This document shows, one piece after another, positions 24,338-37,097 of a stretch of DNA of 64,000 nucleotides. The DNA is taken from assembly GCA_051294375.1 (NCBI GenBank), contig CM119264.1, positions 7,089,814 through 7,153,813 on the forward strand, written 5' to 3'. The DNA comes from Paraspadella gotoi (lineage: Eukaryota; Animalia; Chaetognatha). Each line of letters opens with the position of its first letter. Position 1 is the stretch's first letter. A model generated the notes under the pieces. The model saw only the letters and a program-made list of their open reading frames with translations, was not told the DNA's origin and searched no databases. The position numbers were made by a program, and so were the translations under genes.

Positions 24338-25885
24338 ATGAGCAACATTTACATTAACGAACCTCCCACGTCGGGAAAGGTGCTTTTGGTGACTTCGCTC
24401 GGTGACATCGACATTGAGCTTTGGGCGCGAGAGACTCCCAAGGCATGCCGCAACTTCGTCCAGCTCTCCATGGAGGGATACTACGACGGTCTCATCTTCC
24501 ACCGAATCGTGCGGGACTTTTGCGCCCAGGGCGGTGACCCTAAGGGGACGGGTCAAGGCGGAGAGTCCATTTACGGTCGACCCTTTAAGGATGAAATTCA
24601 CCAGAGACTTCGTTTTAACAGAAGAGGCCTCGTCGCCATGGCTAACTCTGGCAGGGACGACAATGGGAGTCAGTTTTTTTTTACCTTAGGCGCGGCGCCG
24701 GAACTGGACAAAAAGCACACCATCTTCGGAAAGGTCACCGGCGACACGCTTTACAACATGTTGCGATTCAACGACATTGAGATCGGCCCTGGTGATCGTC
24801 CGCTTTATCCGCCAAAGATTCTCCGGGTCAAGATTTTGGACAATCCCTTCGATGACATCGTGCCCCGCGATATTGTTAAGAAGGACAAAGACCAGGACAA
24901 AGAGAAGTCCGGGTCGAAAAAGTCCAAATCAAAAGCCGTCAAGAACTTCAGCGTTCTAAGCTTCGGAGAGGAAGCCCAGGACGAGGAAAACGAGCTCGAC
25001 CAGGTCATTGAAAAGAGCTTCAAGCATAAGAGCAAGAGCCTTCACGACGCCAAGGTCGACCCTAAAATGGTCGCCGAGCCCGCGTTGGCGGTTGAGGGGG
25101 AAACACCCAGTAAACGGCGAAAGAAAAAAGAAGAGGACGGCGATGAGAGTAGGGAAAGAAAATATTCTAAAAGGGCCGAGCCGGAGCCGTTGGAGGAGGA
25201 CAGCGATGAAGAGGACGACGAAGATGACGAAAAGAAGAGGACGACGATAGCGGACGAACGAGTGCAAGAACGGCCAGTCGCGGAAAAAGAGAACGAGATT
25301 GATGAAGACGAAGAGGACGAGGAGATGATCAAGAAGAAAAAGCTCGAAGATATGAAAAGGGAGTCGAAGAGGCTCCTCAAGGAACTGCGACCCAAGAAAG
25401 AAAGCGCCGGTGAGGAAGTCAAAAACGACGAGGGCGACGCTAACGAAATCTTCGAACCGAGAGACGACGACGATGAGATCGCCAGATTCAAAGCTGAGAG
25501 ACAAAAATTCATCAAGAAGAAGAAGGACATGGAAAAGACAATGAAGAAAGGCGCCGGCCGGCAGGATCTAACCATGAATCTTTTGGACAAATTTAAGAAC
25601 AAATTGAAGGAGTCGCAGGAGCGAAACCCGCGAGAGGAGGATTCCAAGGGCGCTTCGGACGAAGACGTCGAGGCGGAGGATATCGACTTGAGCGACGATC
25701 GATGGTTGACGCATTCGCTCCGAGTCGAATCGAACGGGCCCGTCCTCGCCAAAGACGCCAATGTCTACTCGGAGGACAAATTTGACATCTTCGATCCGAG
25801 GAATCCCTTGAACGAGCGAAGGCGAAAGGAAGACAATGATAGGGGGAAGGTCAGAGAGAAGGAGCGCCGTAAGGATTCTTTGTGA
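24338..25885 (+). CDS. CWC27: Spliceosome-associated cyclophilin CWC27 (SDCCAG10), single coding exon
   Basis: Diagnostic N-terminus MSNIYINEPPTSGKVLL. Cyclophilin domain FHRIV..QGGDP..NGSQFFFT..PELDKKHTIFG has Glu at the CypA Trp position, as in CWC27. Also NFSVLSFGEEA and a C-terminal LAKDAN..FDIFDPRNPLNERRR. Confidence 0.96.
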   Translation: MSNIYINEPPTSGKVLLVTSLGDIDIELWARETPKACRNFVQLSMEGYYDGLIFHRIVRDFCAQGGDPKGTGQGGESIYGRPFKDEIHQRLRFNRRGLVAMANSGRDDNGSQFFFTLGAAPELDKKHTIFGKVTGDTLYNMLRFNDIEIGPGDRPLYPPKILRVKILDNPFDDIVPRDIVKKDKDQDKEKSGSKKSKSKAVKNFSVLSFGEEAQDEENELDQVIEKSFKHKSKSLHDAKVDPKMVAEPALAVEGETPSKRRKKKEEDGDESRERKYSKRAEPEPLEEDSDEEDDEDDEKKRTTIADERVQERPVAEKENEIDEDEEDEEMIKKKKLEDMKRESKRLLKELRPKKESAGEEVKNDEGDANEIFEPRDDDDEIARFKAERQKFIKKKKDMEKTMKKGAGRQDLTMNLLDKFKNKLKESQERNPREEDSKGASDEDVEAEDIDLSDDRWLTHSLRVESNGPVLAKDANVYSEDKFDIFDPRNPLNERRRKEDNDRGKVREKERRKDSL

Positions 25886-25992
25886 CTCTTGTCCTGGAGG
25901 TTATCTTTGACGTTTAATTTTTACAAGTTTCTTGATTTCCCTCTACCCCCGGATTTCGTATGTTTTAGGGTTTGTCTAACTTTCACAGTGGA

Positions 25993-26146
25993 AGATTTAG
26001 TTTGCCGCCCCATTCTCCCCCTTTCTCTTTCTCTTTTTTTTCTGCCCCTCCGTATATTTTGTCTAGCGAGGTATTCTCTCGCTTCTACTCTCCGTGAAAT
26101 ATATATTTTTTCCTATATTTCCTCACGCCTTCGATTAGCCCTCAAG
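25993..26146. repeat. Dispersed ~140 bp repeat, copy 2 (CWC27 3' region)
   Basis: Diverged copy of 8770-8910. Confidence 0.8.
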
Positions 26147-26401
26147 TTTCGCATTATAATAGTTATTATTTTCATAAGTCGTGCCATATCATTTGTTGCC
26201 TCTTAGTTAAAATGTCATCCCCTCCATCCAAATTTCAAAATTATTGGCCAAAATTTTAAAAACTATTCAATTTTAATTCCAAGTCGCCATCTATGAAATA
26301 TATTCGCCTAATTGGCATTCCTCGTTATCACCATTGCATTGGATTTGTTTTCTCAGATTTAAGTCACTTGTGTAGAAGTACGGTGCTCTGTTTTGTCAAC
26401 C

Positions 26402-27310
26402 ATGGCGGACAGTGTCGACGAACTTTTTGAGGTCCGAACCTCTTTTTACTTGGGAAACTACAACCAGTGCGTTTACGAGGCCAACAAGCTAAAGCCTTCG
26501 CAGGACAAACGTCTCGAGCGCGATGCCTTCATGTACCGAGCTTACGTTGCCCAACGCAAGTACGGTGTAGTTCTCGACGAGATAAGTTCATCCAGTCCAA
26601 GGGAGCTACGTGCTGTGCGTTACTTCGCCGAGTATCTCGCTACGACCTCCGACGAAAAGAAAGAAGAGCTCGTGGCTTCGGTCGACAAAGCGCTGGGATC
26701 GGGCACCGAGGACGACGTCATGGGTCCTTTCATGGCGGCCAACGTTCATCTGCGCCACGGCAACTACGAGGCGGCTTTACGTTGCTTGAATGGAACCTCG
26801 ACGAAGGACGCTCTGGAGGCCATGGCGCTTTCCGTGCAGATCCTGCTGTCCATCGATCGGGTGGACCTCGCCAAAAAGGAGTTAAAAAGAATGCAGGACA
26901 ACGACGACGACGCCATTCTGACACAGTTGGCTCTTGCATGGTTTAATCTCGCCATCGGCGGCGAAAAGCTGCAAGACGCCTACTACATTTTTCAGGAGCT
27001 GGCCGACAAGCACGGTTCTACGTCGCTTTTGCTCAATGGACAGGCGGCCGCTCTGATCGCCCAGGGCAAGCTGGAAGATTCTGAGCCTGTCTTGCAGGAG
27101 GCGATGGACAAGGATTCCAACCAGGCGGAAACCCTTATCAACATGGCGGTGCTTTCCCAGGCACTTGGGAAAGCGCCCGAGGCGGCCGCTCGATTCATCT
27201 CACAGCTGAAGGACGCCCATCGAAATCATCCCTTCGTCGCCAACTACTTGAACAAGGAGGCGGAGTTCGATCGACTCGCTAGGAACTATGGACCCTCCGT
27301 CACCGCTTGA
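26402..27310 (+). CDS. COPE: Coatomer subunit epsilon, single coding exon
   Basis: [76 protein letters not shown]; about 302 aa. Confidence 0.97.
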   Translation: MADSVDELFEVRTSFYLGNYNQCVYEANKLKPSQDKRLERDAFMYRAYVAQRKYGVVLDEISSSSPRELRAVRYFAEYLATTSDEKKEELVASVDKALGSGTEDDVMGPFMAANVHLRHGNYEAALRCLNGTSTKDALEAMALSVQILLSIDRVDLAKKELKRMQDNDDDAILTQLALAWFNLAIGGEKLQDAYYIFQELADKHGSTSLLLNGQAAALIAQGKLEDSEPVLQEAMDKDSNQAETLINMAVLSQALGKAPEAAARFISQLKDAHRNHPFVANYLNKEAEFDRLARNYGPSVTA

Positions 27311-28045
27311 TTTTTTTTCGAGAAAACGCCTGTCAATGTTAATAATAAGGATTAACTTTAAGATTAAGGATGCCTCCAACGATAAATGCTTATGTTTTCG
27401 GAAATTCTATTGAATAGTAAACATTCCTCGCTTTTTTCGAACCTCTAGTCCAAGAATTCACTATTTCCACTCTCGCGAATTTTCTATTTTAGTTTTTGAC
27501 CAGGGTCGACCTGGAATGTCCATCCCGGCTATCGACTTCTGGATAAAAACTGTGCAACCCTGTAAAGGATTCGCGGAATTGACTTATTTCATTTAATGTA
27601 GTGTCGCATCACTGGCTACAAACTATTTTCTGACAAAGTCTATCCGTTTAAAATGAGAGAAAGTAATTTTAAATGCTTATTTGAGCTAAAACAGAATTTA
27701 CAGAATTTAAAATTTCGTGTGGAGAGGTTCTACCAGATTCTCTCTCCGTCTTCTCTTTTTAACGAGTCCGCGCCCTTCTTAAAGATTGCGCTATGCCAAC
27801 TTTACGATTTCGTCGGGAAGGCGAAATCGTGAAGCCGGCCTTTTCTTGGTTCCCGAATCCGAAACCGCACTCATTTATCTTCGCCTCCTCAAACGATATT
27901 TTTAGCGTTTCCCTTTTTATCCCGCTCTCCTTCGACCATTCTTTTCACGATGCTACCGTTGTGGTTTAGTCAAGTGTAATTCGGATACCTTTACGACTCA
28001 TGAATATTTGTTCTGAAGTTTGTTTAGATTTATAACAAAGCAGAA

Positions 28046-30904
28046 ATGGCGGAGGCAGCGCCATCCAGAAGTCGGGACGTGCTTTGCCAATATTTTGCCA
28101 ACGGTGTTTGCAGGTTTGATGATAATTTGTTCATATAGTGTTTGAAAATACTTAGTCTGCGTCAGTATCAGCTCAAATAAACTTTTTAAAAAGTGATAAT
28201 TTTTTTATAAAAATTGCTTCAATTTTTGTATACAGATACCTATTTGCATTGCCTTCCTGTGATAGGTTTGGGGACAATTGTCACTTTTCTCACGACCGAA
28301 CACGTGCCGCTCCTGACAACACTTGCCGATACTATTTAAAGGGAAATTGTAGCTACGGTAACCGTTGTCGGTACGAGCATGTACGGTCACAGCAGACACC
28401 GGCGCAAAGCACAAGAGAAAGGTAAGACATTTTATTATCATTCATTATTCATACGAGTTATATTTTTATCTCGCCAGACGGACTTAAGCCCGTCTTGGCC
28501 TGATTTTGGTTCGCTTCTGTTTCTTTGTGATAGTTTTTGTCGTCACGCTTCTTTATTATCATAAATTTTTTTTAAATTTTTTTGTCACTGTTTCTTCTGT
28601 TTTGTTTTGTTTCTTTTTTTTTCTTCTGTTTTGTTTAAAAACAAGTTCAGCTCTGCAGCGGCTGTTCATTTTTTTTTAAATTTTTTTTTTTATTATTCAT
28701 ATATATACCCAGGTTTTATTTATCATGAGTGACTCATCGCATCAATCATTTGGTTATTATTGCATAAATATTTGATAATCATCTTATTAATTATTAATAT
28801 CATCGCAATAATAATTAGTTATTATCATATTAATAAATTAATAATACATCAATCGATTATTATTACTTTAATCAATCATTTATTATTACATCAATCAATC
28901 AATTACTATTATATTAATCAATCAATTACTATTAGATCAATAATTAGATATCGCATTTATCATTCTTAGTCTGGCGAGATCACTATACTTTTAAGATTTT
29001 TAAAAAACAATTTAAGAAAGCTTAAGTCGTAATCTTAATTGTGGTTTTTTAACTGTAGGCGGAATGGGGCTCAAGGCGCTTTGTCGCCTTCTCGTCGCAA
29101 CGGCCGGACCACCCCCACCCCCATCCTCACAAATCTCAATAGTAGCGGCGGCGCCCGATCTAAACGCAGCGATGCCGATTGGGCGCGCGCTGAAGAGTTC
29201 GTCCCCTCTAATGCGACCGCAGATGTCGCTTCCTACAAAGACGCTTTAAGGGGCTTCAGAGACTTAAATGTGTCTTGTCCGAACAATGTCCCCAACCACG
29301 AACTTTGTCCCTTTTTTGCCAAGGGAGAATGCCCCTATGCGGAATCTTGTCAATATCTTCACGGAGCGCCATGCGAGCTTTGCGGTGATGTGTACTTTTT
29401 ATCTTATTGCCAGCTTCGTAACACAAATAACTAAATTTAAAATATGATTGTTAACGTGTAGGCAAAAATGCGCTCCATCCCTTCGACGAAGATCAGAGAA
29501 AGCAACATTCTTCTGAGTGCATGAAAGTTCTCGAGGACGATATGAAGCTCTCCTTCGCAATTTCTCGGAGTAGCGATAAGGTTTGGATTCAAATTTTCGC
29601 CGAAGTTTTATTAAAATTAGCGTTAATCAATTTGGGGAATCTTTTATGTTGAAGATATGCGGAGTTTGTATGGAAACTGTGATGGAAAAAAGCAGCGAAA
29701 CTGAACGGCGTTTCGGAATCTTAACCGGGTGCAATCACGTATTTTGCCTTAGTTGTATTCGCGAGGTGAGTTGTACATCTTGAAATGATCTTTTTCTAAT
29801 TTACTCTAAAACTTTCTTGAAAAAAAATCATTAAGAAATGGGACCGAGTCAGTCTTTTTAATTCCTACAGTTTGAATAGTATTTGGCCAATACAGGGCAA
29901 TCCAACAGCCATTTTCTTCATTTGATTCATAATTTATTTCTAGTGGCGAGCACGGAAGGAATACAAACACAAAGTGGTCCGCGCCTGTCCTGAATGCCGT
30001 GTCCACTCGGACTTCATTGTTCCCTCCCCGTTTTGGTTCGAAGACTCGGACGAGAAGGAGAAAATGATAAATGGTGAAGCAGGGATTTGATCATAATGAT
30101 AATAATTTATTTTAACCGATATATTATACAAAACTGTCATTTTAAACAGAGTACAAGAAGCAGCTCTCCAAAAAGCCCTGTAAATATTTCGACAAAGGGC
30201 GTGGAAAGTGTCCCTTCGGCAGCGCTTGCTTTTATCTTCACGCTTACCCGGACGGTTCCGTGGCCAAAGACGAAGAGCCCCCGCGGCCGCGGACGAGGCG
30301 CGTGAGGACGTCGAGGAACACTGTTCGCGCCATTCAGGTGACTATTTGTGACTGGTGATTCTTGTGATTAGCAACGCCTGATTTTCTCGGGAAAGCTCTT
30401 CAGTTCAGTTCAATTCAGTTCAGTCTTCACTGAGCTCTTTTTTTCTAACCAACATCTTTATAAAATTTGTACAACAAATCTAAAATTGTCCTTCATTCAA
30501 TAAATAAAAAATATCCATCCCGCCCAATATTTTGCAGTTATTTTGTGATCACATACCTTTTATCTTAGGAATCCTTGCTTTGGGACTTTCTGGAGGAAAG
30601 GGAAGAAAGGGGCGATGGCTTTGCTTCCTTTTTCGAATTAGACGACGATTTCATTTTACGTCTGATCAACAGCGTCGGTGGGTGAAAAAGCTTTCGCTAT
30701 TTCGTTCCGTCAACATCCCGTCGATATTGTTGTTTCTACTTAGTCATTATTTTTCGGTCATTAGGTGACGGCGATGCTGACAGTGATGACGATTCGTCGG
30801 CAGGCGACGCTTACAGCGACGATTATTATGACGCTTCCGACAATTATGACAGCGACGACGACGACGACGTCATCGAGCGACTGCGCTTCACCTTCTCGCC
30901 GTAA
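28046..30904 (+). CDS. MKRN1: Makorin RING finger protein (C3H zinc fingers plus RING), multi-exon
   Basis: C3H fingers [11 protein letters not shown]|[10 protein letters not shown] and [19 protein letters not shown]; WARAEEFVP motif; [21 protein letters not shown]; [30 protein letters not shown]|[10 protein letters not shown]; last C3[22 protein letters not shown]; acidic tail with TAA at 30902-30904. Confidence 0.93.
28468..28980. mobile_element. Non-autonomous element with 12-bp inverted repeats and an internal AATC-rich microsatellite (MITE/HINE-like) in a makorin intron
   Basis: ATCTCGCCAGAC (28468-28479) and GTCTGGCGAGAT (28969-28980) are a perfect inverted pair. The 5' copy is part of a hairpin (gccagacgg..ccgtcttggc) after a T-run, and a degenerate (AATC/ATT)n block spans ~28740-28950. 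Confidence 0.6.
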
Positions 30905-32369
30905 GAATAAGCCCCGGAAACCCTTCCCTCCCGGTCATCTATCCCAACTGCCCCAACAATCTTCGTCCTCTGCCCCTGTAGTTTTTAAAAACTCAACAAA
31001 ATACATGCTGTGCATATGTGAACTGATAAAAATGTTCACGTATTGATTTAGATTTTTTTTTTTGGTAGCGAGCATTATGTATGAATAAGGTTATTTTATT
31101 CCCTTTGACAAAATCTGGAAAATAAATTGTTTTTATTTTTTTTTAATTTTTTCTTCGTTGAAGTTTGTAATTTTTGGTTTTGTTGAACGTTTATGCAAAC
31201 ACCCGTCTTTTTTAGTACTATCTTGCTTGTGTAAGTCATAACGTTATCTATTTAAATATATAAAGTGAAACAAACTTTTTTTGCCTACCTAATTATATGC
31301 ATATTGCGCTAAAAATCTATGAACAACCGTTTCTGAACATGGACATAAATTTCCTAGTTTTACTCTTCAATTTAGAAATAGCTTGTCGAAGTTATAGAAA
31401 TTATAATGAAATATATAGAAATAATATATAGAAATTATAAGGCGATAAATCTGATGAATCAATAGGCAATCTCGGTGTGAAGGAAACTAGCTCGCTTTTA
31501 AACAGCTCCGAATTTCCATTAGTTCAGAAATCTCTTGGAGTAAATATTTCAAACCAAGAGCTAAGCTGCATTGTTTTTTTCTACTGACGTCGTTGTTCTC
31601 CACTTGTTGACCCTACTGTTGATCCTTACGAAATAATTTTCTTGATTTAAAAGTGGAAAAAAAGTACGATGTAAATAAGCGGGTTAATAAAACATATGCA
31701 ATTGTTATTAGGTCGCATTTTTCTTAAGAGAAGCAACTCTTACTTATCCTCACCTTAGCAAGAGGAAAGTGCGAAAAGTAAGTACGTCACACTCTCGGAT
31801 AGCGGCGGCGGATGCGACACAGAACACTAAAAAAATTCCGATGCCAATTCTAAATTCTATGAACAAAGGCTTTTGTGGGCGGTACTTGTCTCGGGAGATA
31901 CACATGTATCATTAAATACTAAAAAAGCTTTCTTTTAATCCCGGCTTGTGTCATTCAAAACCAGTAGATTTTCGCCGTCTTCCTGTGACAAAGATTATTT
32001 ATTACTATCAAACCTCTACCGTCAACGAAGCTCTAATAGTTTCCTAGATCTTCATTCTAAAAGGGAGAGAAAATTAATATTGATGCAATACCTCCATCAA
32101 TCAAATTCATTGCGTCCAAAGATATGATTGTTTAATTAAAAACTAAGCTGCTTTAAAAAAAGTACAAACACACCATTTGATCGAAGTAATAAATAATCCG
32201 TTTAATAATTTCTTGGCAAAATTTCATTTCTAATTTTACTACTTTTAAAACTTACTACTTTATTGAACATTTTTCTTTTTTAAATCTTTGACTTTTCGCT
32301 AAAAAAAAAAAATTTCGCGCAATCTTCAATCCCCTTTCGTTTCGCGATCAAATCTCATTATCGCTCTTT

Positions 32370-35300
32370 ATGTCCGTTCGCTCGTCCAATGACGTTAACC
32401 GGGTAAGTCTTGAGGAAAACAAGGAAAAAATTAAATCATCTATCATGAATATTCGCCCCGCGACGGCAAAAAAATAAGTAAAAACAAATTACGAAAGAAA
32501 AAAATTAAACAAAAGCAAAAATAAGACTAATAGTAATACAGTTATTAGATAACGCTCGATAATTTTGCGAGGCAGGGCGAGAAGGAAGCTCAGTAATTCG
32601 TCGCGCTTCGTTTGGGACGAAGTCACCCAAATACAATTTCGGGTCATGAACATTTCGTTCCGGTTTTACCGAGGGAATCGACCGCACTTTTATTTTCGCT
32701 TCGTTACGGAAAGAAAACTTATTTTTCGATGTCACGACGGGCCAAAAAATGTCTCGACGAAAATCACTTTGAATTTGATGGATTAAAGATAAAAATAAAG
32801 AAAACGCACCCGCATGCGAAAATGAACCCTTTAAGTTTAACGTAATATTAGGTTCTCCAACTAAATAGAATTAAAACATGAACGCAGTAACGGTGAGTGA
32901 AAATTAAGAGGGATTTTTTGGGTTAATTGATATTTATATTGACGTAAGAGTGTGAAGGTGTTGCATAACATTTCTGTTATGCTATGGTTTTTTTTTGTTT
33001 TTTTTTTATATTAATATTTAATTCGTTTGCCGATTTGTGAAGAACCGAAATAAAAAGTTTTCTAATTTTCGGTCGATTAATTGATCGATTTTAATTTTCT
33101 TTCTCTCTAAAAAGCAACAACATTTTTTTTACTTTCTGAACTTAAAATTATTTTTCGGTTCTGTCGCCAGATCGCAATGGTCAGCGTGTGGGTGAGCTCC
33201 AACATCTTGCTGTTTTTCTGGGTCTTTCGTTACTACGTTCATAGCGAGGAGACCTTTTACATCTATCGCCTGTTGGGCCCCTCCATCGCCTTTTCTCGCG
33301 CCTCCGCCGCCTGTCTTAACATGAACGTCTCCCTGGCTTTGCTCCCAATCTGCAGACAATTTGCCACCACATTTAGGTATCTCTCAATTTATTTATCAAT
33401 CTACCTATATACGCACTTGATTTATGCTTTTTAATCCATACTCCAGAAACCTTTTCGGCTCTTACTGCGTGGGTTTGAATCGTCGTTGGCGTCAGATACT
33501 CAACTCTCAGATCTTGATGCACCGGCTCATCGGCTACGGGATCCTCGTCCTCTCTCTCGTCCACGTCGCTGGTCACGTGATAAATATACAAAATTACATC
33601 CGGGCCTATGAGAGTCACGATAACGTCACCCGTCGCTTGGCCTTTTACCGAAACGGGTCTAATTTTCTCAATCCCATTACGAGTCAGTGTCCTTACTGGA
33701 GGGTGTACCTGACCTATTTACCGGGTGAGCTCTACGGCAATATTATATTGAAAAAGTTAACAATACGTATTTGCAACTTTGGATGTGCAACATTTGAAAT
33801 ACTTGTTATATATATATATATTATATAAGTCAATTTTCTTTTCAGGTACGACTGGATTGATATTGTTGGTTTCTCTTTTGGTTATGTTTTTAACGTATAT
33901 GCAACCCATAAGGTATGAATATTACTCTAGTACAAATTATGGTTCAAGGCAAATAATATAATGAAAAGATTTTAGAATATATAATAAAATAATAATATAA
34001 TATATAAATAATAATATAATAAACAGATAATACTTGGACTCATGCAAAACTGATAAAATACAAAATAAATTTCTACTCTTCAGATCTCGTTGGTTCGAAT
34101 TGTTCTGGAGCTGCCACCATGCCTTCATGCTTTCCTTCGTTGTCGCGTTCGTGCTGCACGGCTGCGGCGGAATCGTGAGAGTGCTCAAAAATGCCGATCT
34201 CGGTGGTTACAAAGAATATTACTACTACAAATATAAACTACACAATCCCAAAAAGTGCCTGGAGAAGGTAATTTTGTTTTTGTTTAAAAATTTTATTTTC
34301 CATTTTTAATAATTTTAATTTTAAAATTATATTTAATGCGCCTTTCGATGTACAGATCGATTACTGGGGCGCTATTTACGATTGTCCGAGTCCTGAGTTC
34401 GTACCTGTCCCGCCCGCTACATGGAAATGGATCATGGGTCCGCTTTCGCTCTTCTTTCTGGATAAGACTTACCGCATCCTGAAGCCGTTGCTGAATCCGG
34501 CCAGGATCGCTGAAGTCGTACTTCATCCGTCCTCTGTCGTCGAGCTCCAGTTCACTTCTAAATCTCCGGTTCTTAATCATACGTAGCTCATAAATTTCAG
34601 CTAAACTAATTTTTTTTATAATGGATAATTATGATGAAAAGAATTAATGACTAATGTATTGAGCGAAAACAAATCACTATATATTCAAACATGTATAGTG
34701 TATGGTTAATTTGTAGTGATATCACTACCCGTTGGTTACGACCGTTCGTTCCTTCAGCGCCATAATAGCGCACCGATCTAATGCTTCATCTCTTAACACA
34801 ATGGTCTCGGGTTCTAGCCTTGGTTGGGACGGTCTTTGCAAAAGAGTGACGGGCCGGTTAAATCCCGGGTAGCTAGTCTACCACCGGATCCAAAGTTCCG
34901 AGAAGCAAGGCGACTGACGGAAAAATTTTCCAGTCCTTGTGGGCACTCCAGTGGGGGCTGGAGGGCTCTCCACTCCAGGGAGGAGGGCTCCTGGGGGCTC
35001 TCTACTCCCTCAGTGTTACCAAAGTTCGAAATTTTTGAATTTGAATATATGTTTAAATTGTTTTATAAATTTTTGAAATATTATTAACATTTTTTTACAA
35101 ATAGTTGTTTGCAACTGATGCAATAAGTGTTTATATCATATTTTATTAAATTTTTTTTTCAGATGAGAATGGAGCCAGGACAGTACGTTCGCGTGAACTT
35201 CCCACTGATTTCGCGGTGGGAGTGGCACCCATTCACCCTGACCTCCGTCCCGGGCGACGCCGCTCACTCCGTCCACATTCGCGCCATAGGCGACTGGACG

Positions 35301-36759
35301 AGAAAACTTTTTAAATTTTTCGAAGAAAACAAACAACTAGTGACGAGAAGCGCCATCGCCACTGTAGAGAAGATCGAGAGTGGAAACAGAGGTAAGTGGG
35401 GGAGGCAATCAATTAATTATAAGATATATTTATCAGGATCAAGATAATTCAATATGCATTGGAGCAACGTGGAAAATTCAAACAAAAAGCCGAAAATCAA
35501 AATTATTTTTAAAATTATTAACAAGCACGATTACTACCGCTTTATAGCTCGAATAAAATTTTACATTGGCGGCGAGAGAAAATTGAAGAAGCGGAACGAA
35601 TTAAAATACCTTATCAAAGCGTATCAGATGGAATCTGGTATCTGATATGTAAAAGTTGACGCCACAAAAAAAAATATATGTGAAAACTGAACACAAACCC
35701 CCTTTCCTCTTTTCCAGCCGACTTGGACGAGATTCCGGTGTACATCGACGGACCCTACGGCGCGCCAACGCAAGATTGGTTTCTCTACGACGTCGCCGTC
35801 TTTATCGGCGCTGGCATCGGTGTAACGCCCTTTGCCTCGATCCTTAAACACGTCCTCAAGCTGATGACACGTCGCGAAGACGACGTCTCATCCGAGGACC
35901 CCCGCAGCGCCGGACTCCGTTCTCACCTTAAGCGGGTCTACTTCTTCTGGATCTGCCCGCAGATGGAGGCTTTTGAGTGGTTTCACGACATGCTGGAGGA
36001 GATGGAGTGCCTCGACGACTTTAACAAAATCTGCTGTCACGTCTTTCTGACAAAAGGATGGAACAGGCGAGGGGGAAAGGGAATGGCGGGTAGAAAGTAT
36101 GTAATGATTTATGTAATGGACTAAAACGCATAATGAATATATGCGAGGGCGTGGCTCGATTGCCAGCGCCTTCCTTTCAACCTCTTCGCGCTCGTATAGG
36201 CGGGCGTCGCGCACGCGATCCTTCGCGATGAAGAACGTGACTTGGGAACGCGATCCTGTCACTGGGCTCCGACGATTAAGGACAGAGTTCGGAAGGCCTC
36301 GATGGGATTTGGAGATGAGCCGAATCGGGGAAGCCCATCCAAAGTCAGCAATAGGTGAGAAAAGCAAATAAGTAAGTAGACAGAAAGATAGGAATAAAAA
36401 AATGTTTATTGAAAATATGCAAGACTAAGAGAGAAAAACAAGGAAATACGAAAAAATGAGTTAATGACAATAAAAAATAAATTAACGAAAGGTCCAAGAA
36501 GGAAAAAGTAGTAAATGTTAAATCATTAAAAGGGGAAAAAAGAGAAAAGAGAAGTCTTTAAGAGACCAAATCGATTTTATGAGCAAAACAAATGAACAGA
36601 TGTTCTTCATCCGTAATACATTTATCAAATTCTGCTCCCTTGATAGGCGTTTTTCATTGCGGGCCAGAACGCATGGCGGAAGAAATTAGGATCGAGTGCC
36701 AAAATATGAACAGAAAATCCAAGTCGACTTTTAATTTCATAGCAGAGAGTTTTACGTAA
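32370..36759 (+). CDS. NADPH oxidase, Nox1-4 type (no EF-hand region seen), multi-exon
   Basis: [17 protein letters not shown]; heme histidines HRLIG..VHVAGH and FWSCHH..LHG; FAD motifs WHPFTLTS and HIRAIGDWT; NADPH motifs [19 protein letters not shown] and CGP; ends ..AESFT*. The first exon (32370-32402) is inferred. Confidence 0.93.
34712..35021 (+). mobile_element. tRNA-derived repeat (SINE or solo LTR) in a Nox intron
   Basis: GC-rich island in an AT-rich intron. It starts with TG and the palindrome GTAGTGATATCACTAC, contains a tRNA-sized segment (~34757-34831) with the B-box-like GGGTTCTAGCC, and ends ..GTTACCA. Confidence 0.5.
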
Positions 36760-37097
36760 CAAAGTTTACCTTATACGTATAGCATAATAACTAGTTTATA
36801 TACAATTATTGTTTGTGATATAAACGTATCATTTTATTGACGCAAAAAAAAAATTAACACAAAGCCTCTCTCTCTCCAATCTCCCCTTAATAAAAAAAAA
36901 GAAAAAAGACGTGCATACATATGGCGTTTTCATGAAAGAATATGGTGATATCAAAATAAACGTTGTTGTTCACAATAAATAAATTGTTGGTTACAAATTA
37001 GAGGCATACGGTTCAAATATTATTCGAGATTATGGCTCCCCATTAAATATTTGTTTTTTACCCCAGACGACGTAAGAGACCCATCGAAGTTTTAACT

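Noticed and set aside
24956-25761. Long minus-strand ORFs (182 and 239 aa)
   Set aside because: They are antisense shadows of the charged, low-complexity CWC27 coding sequence.
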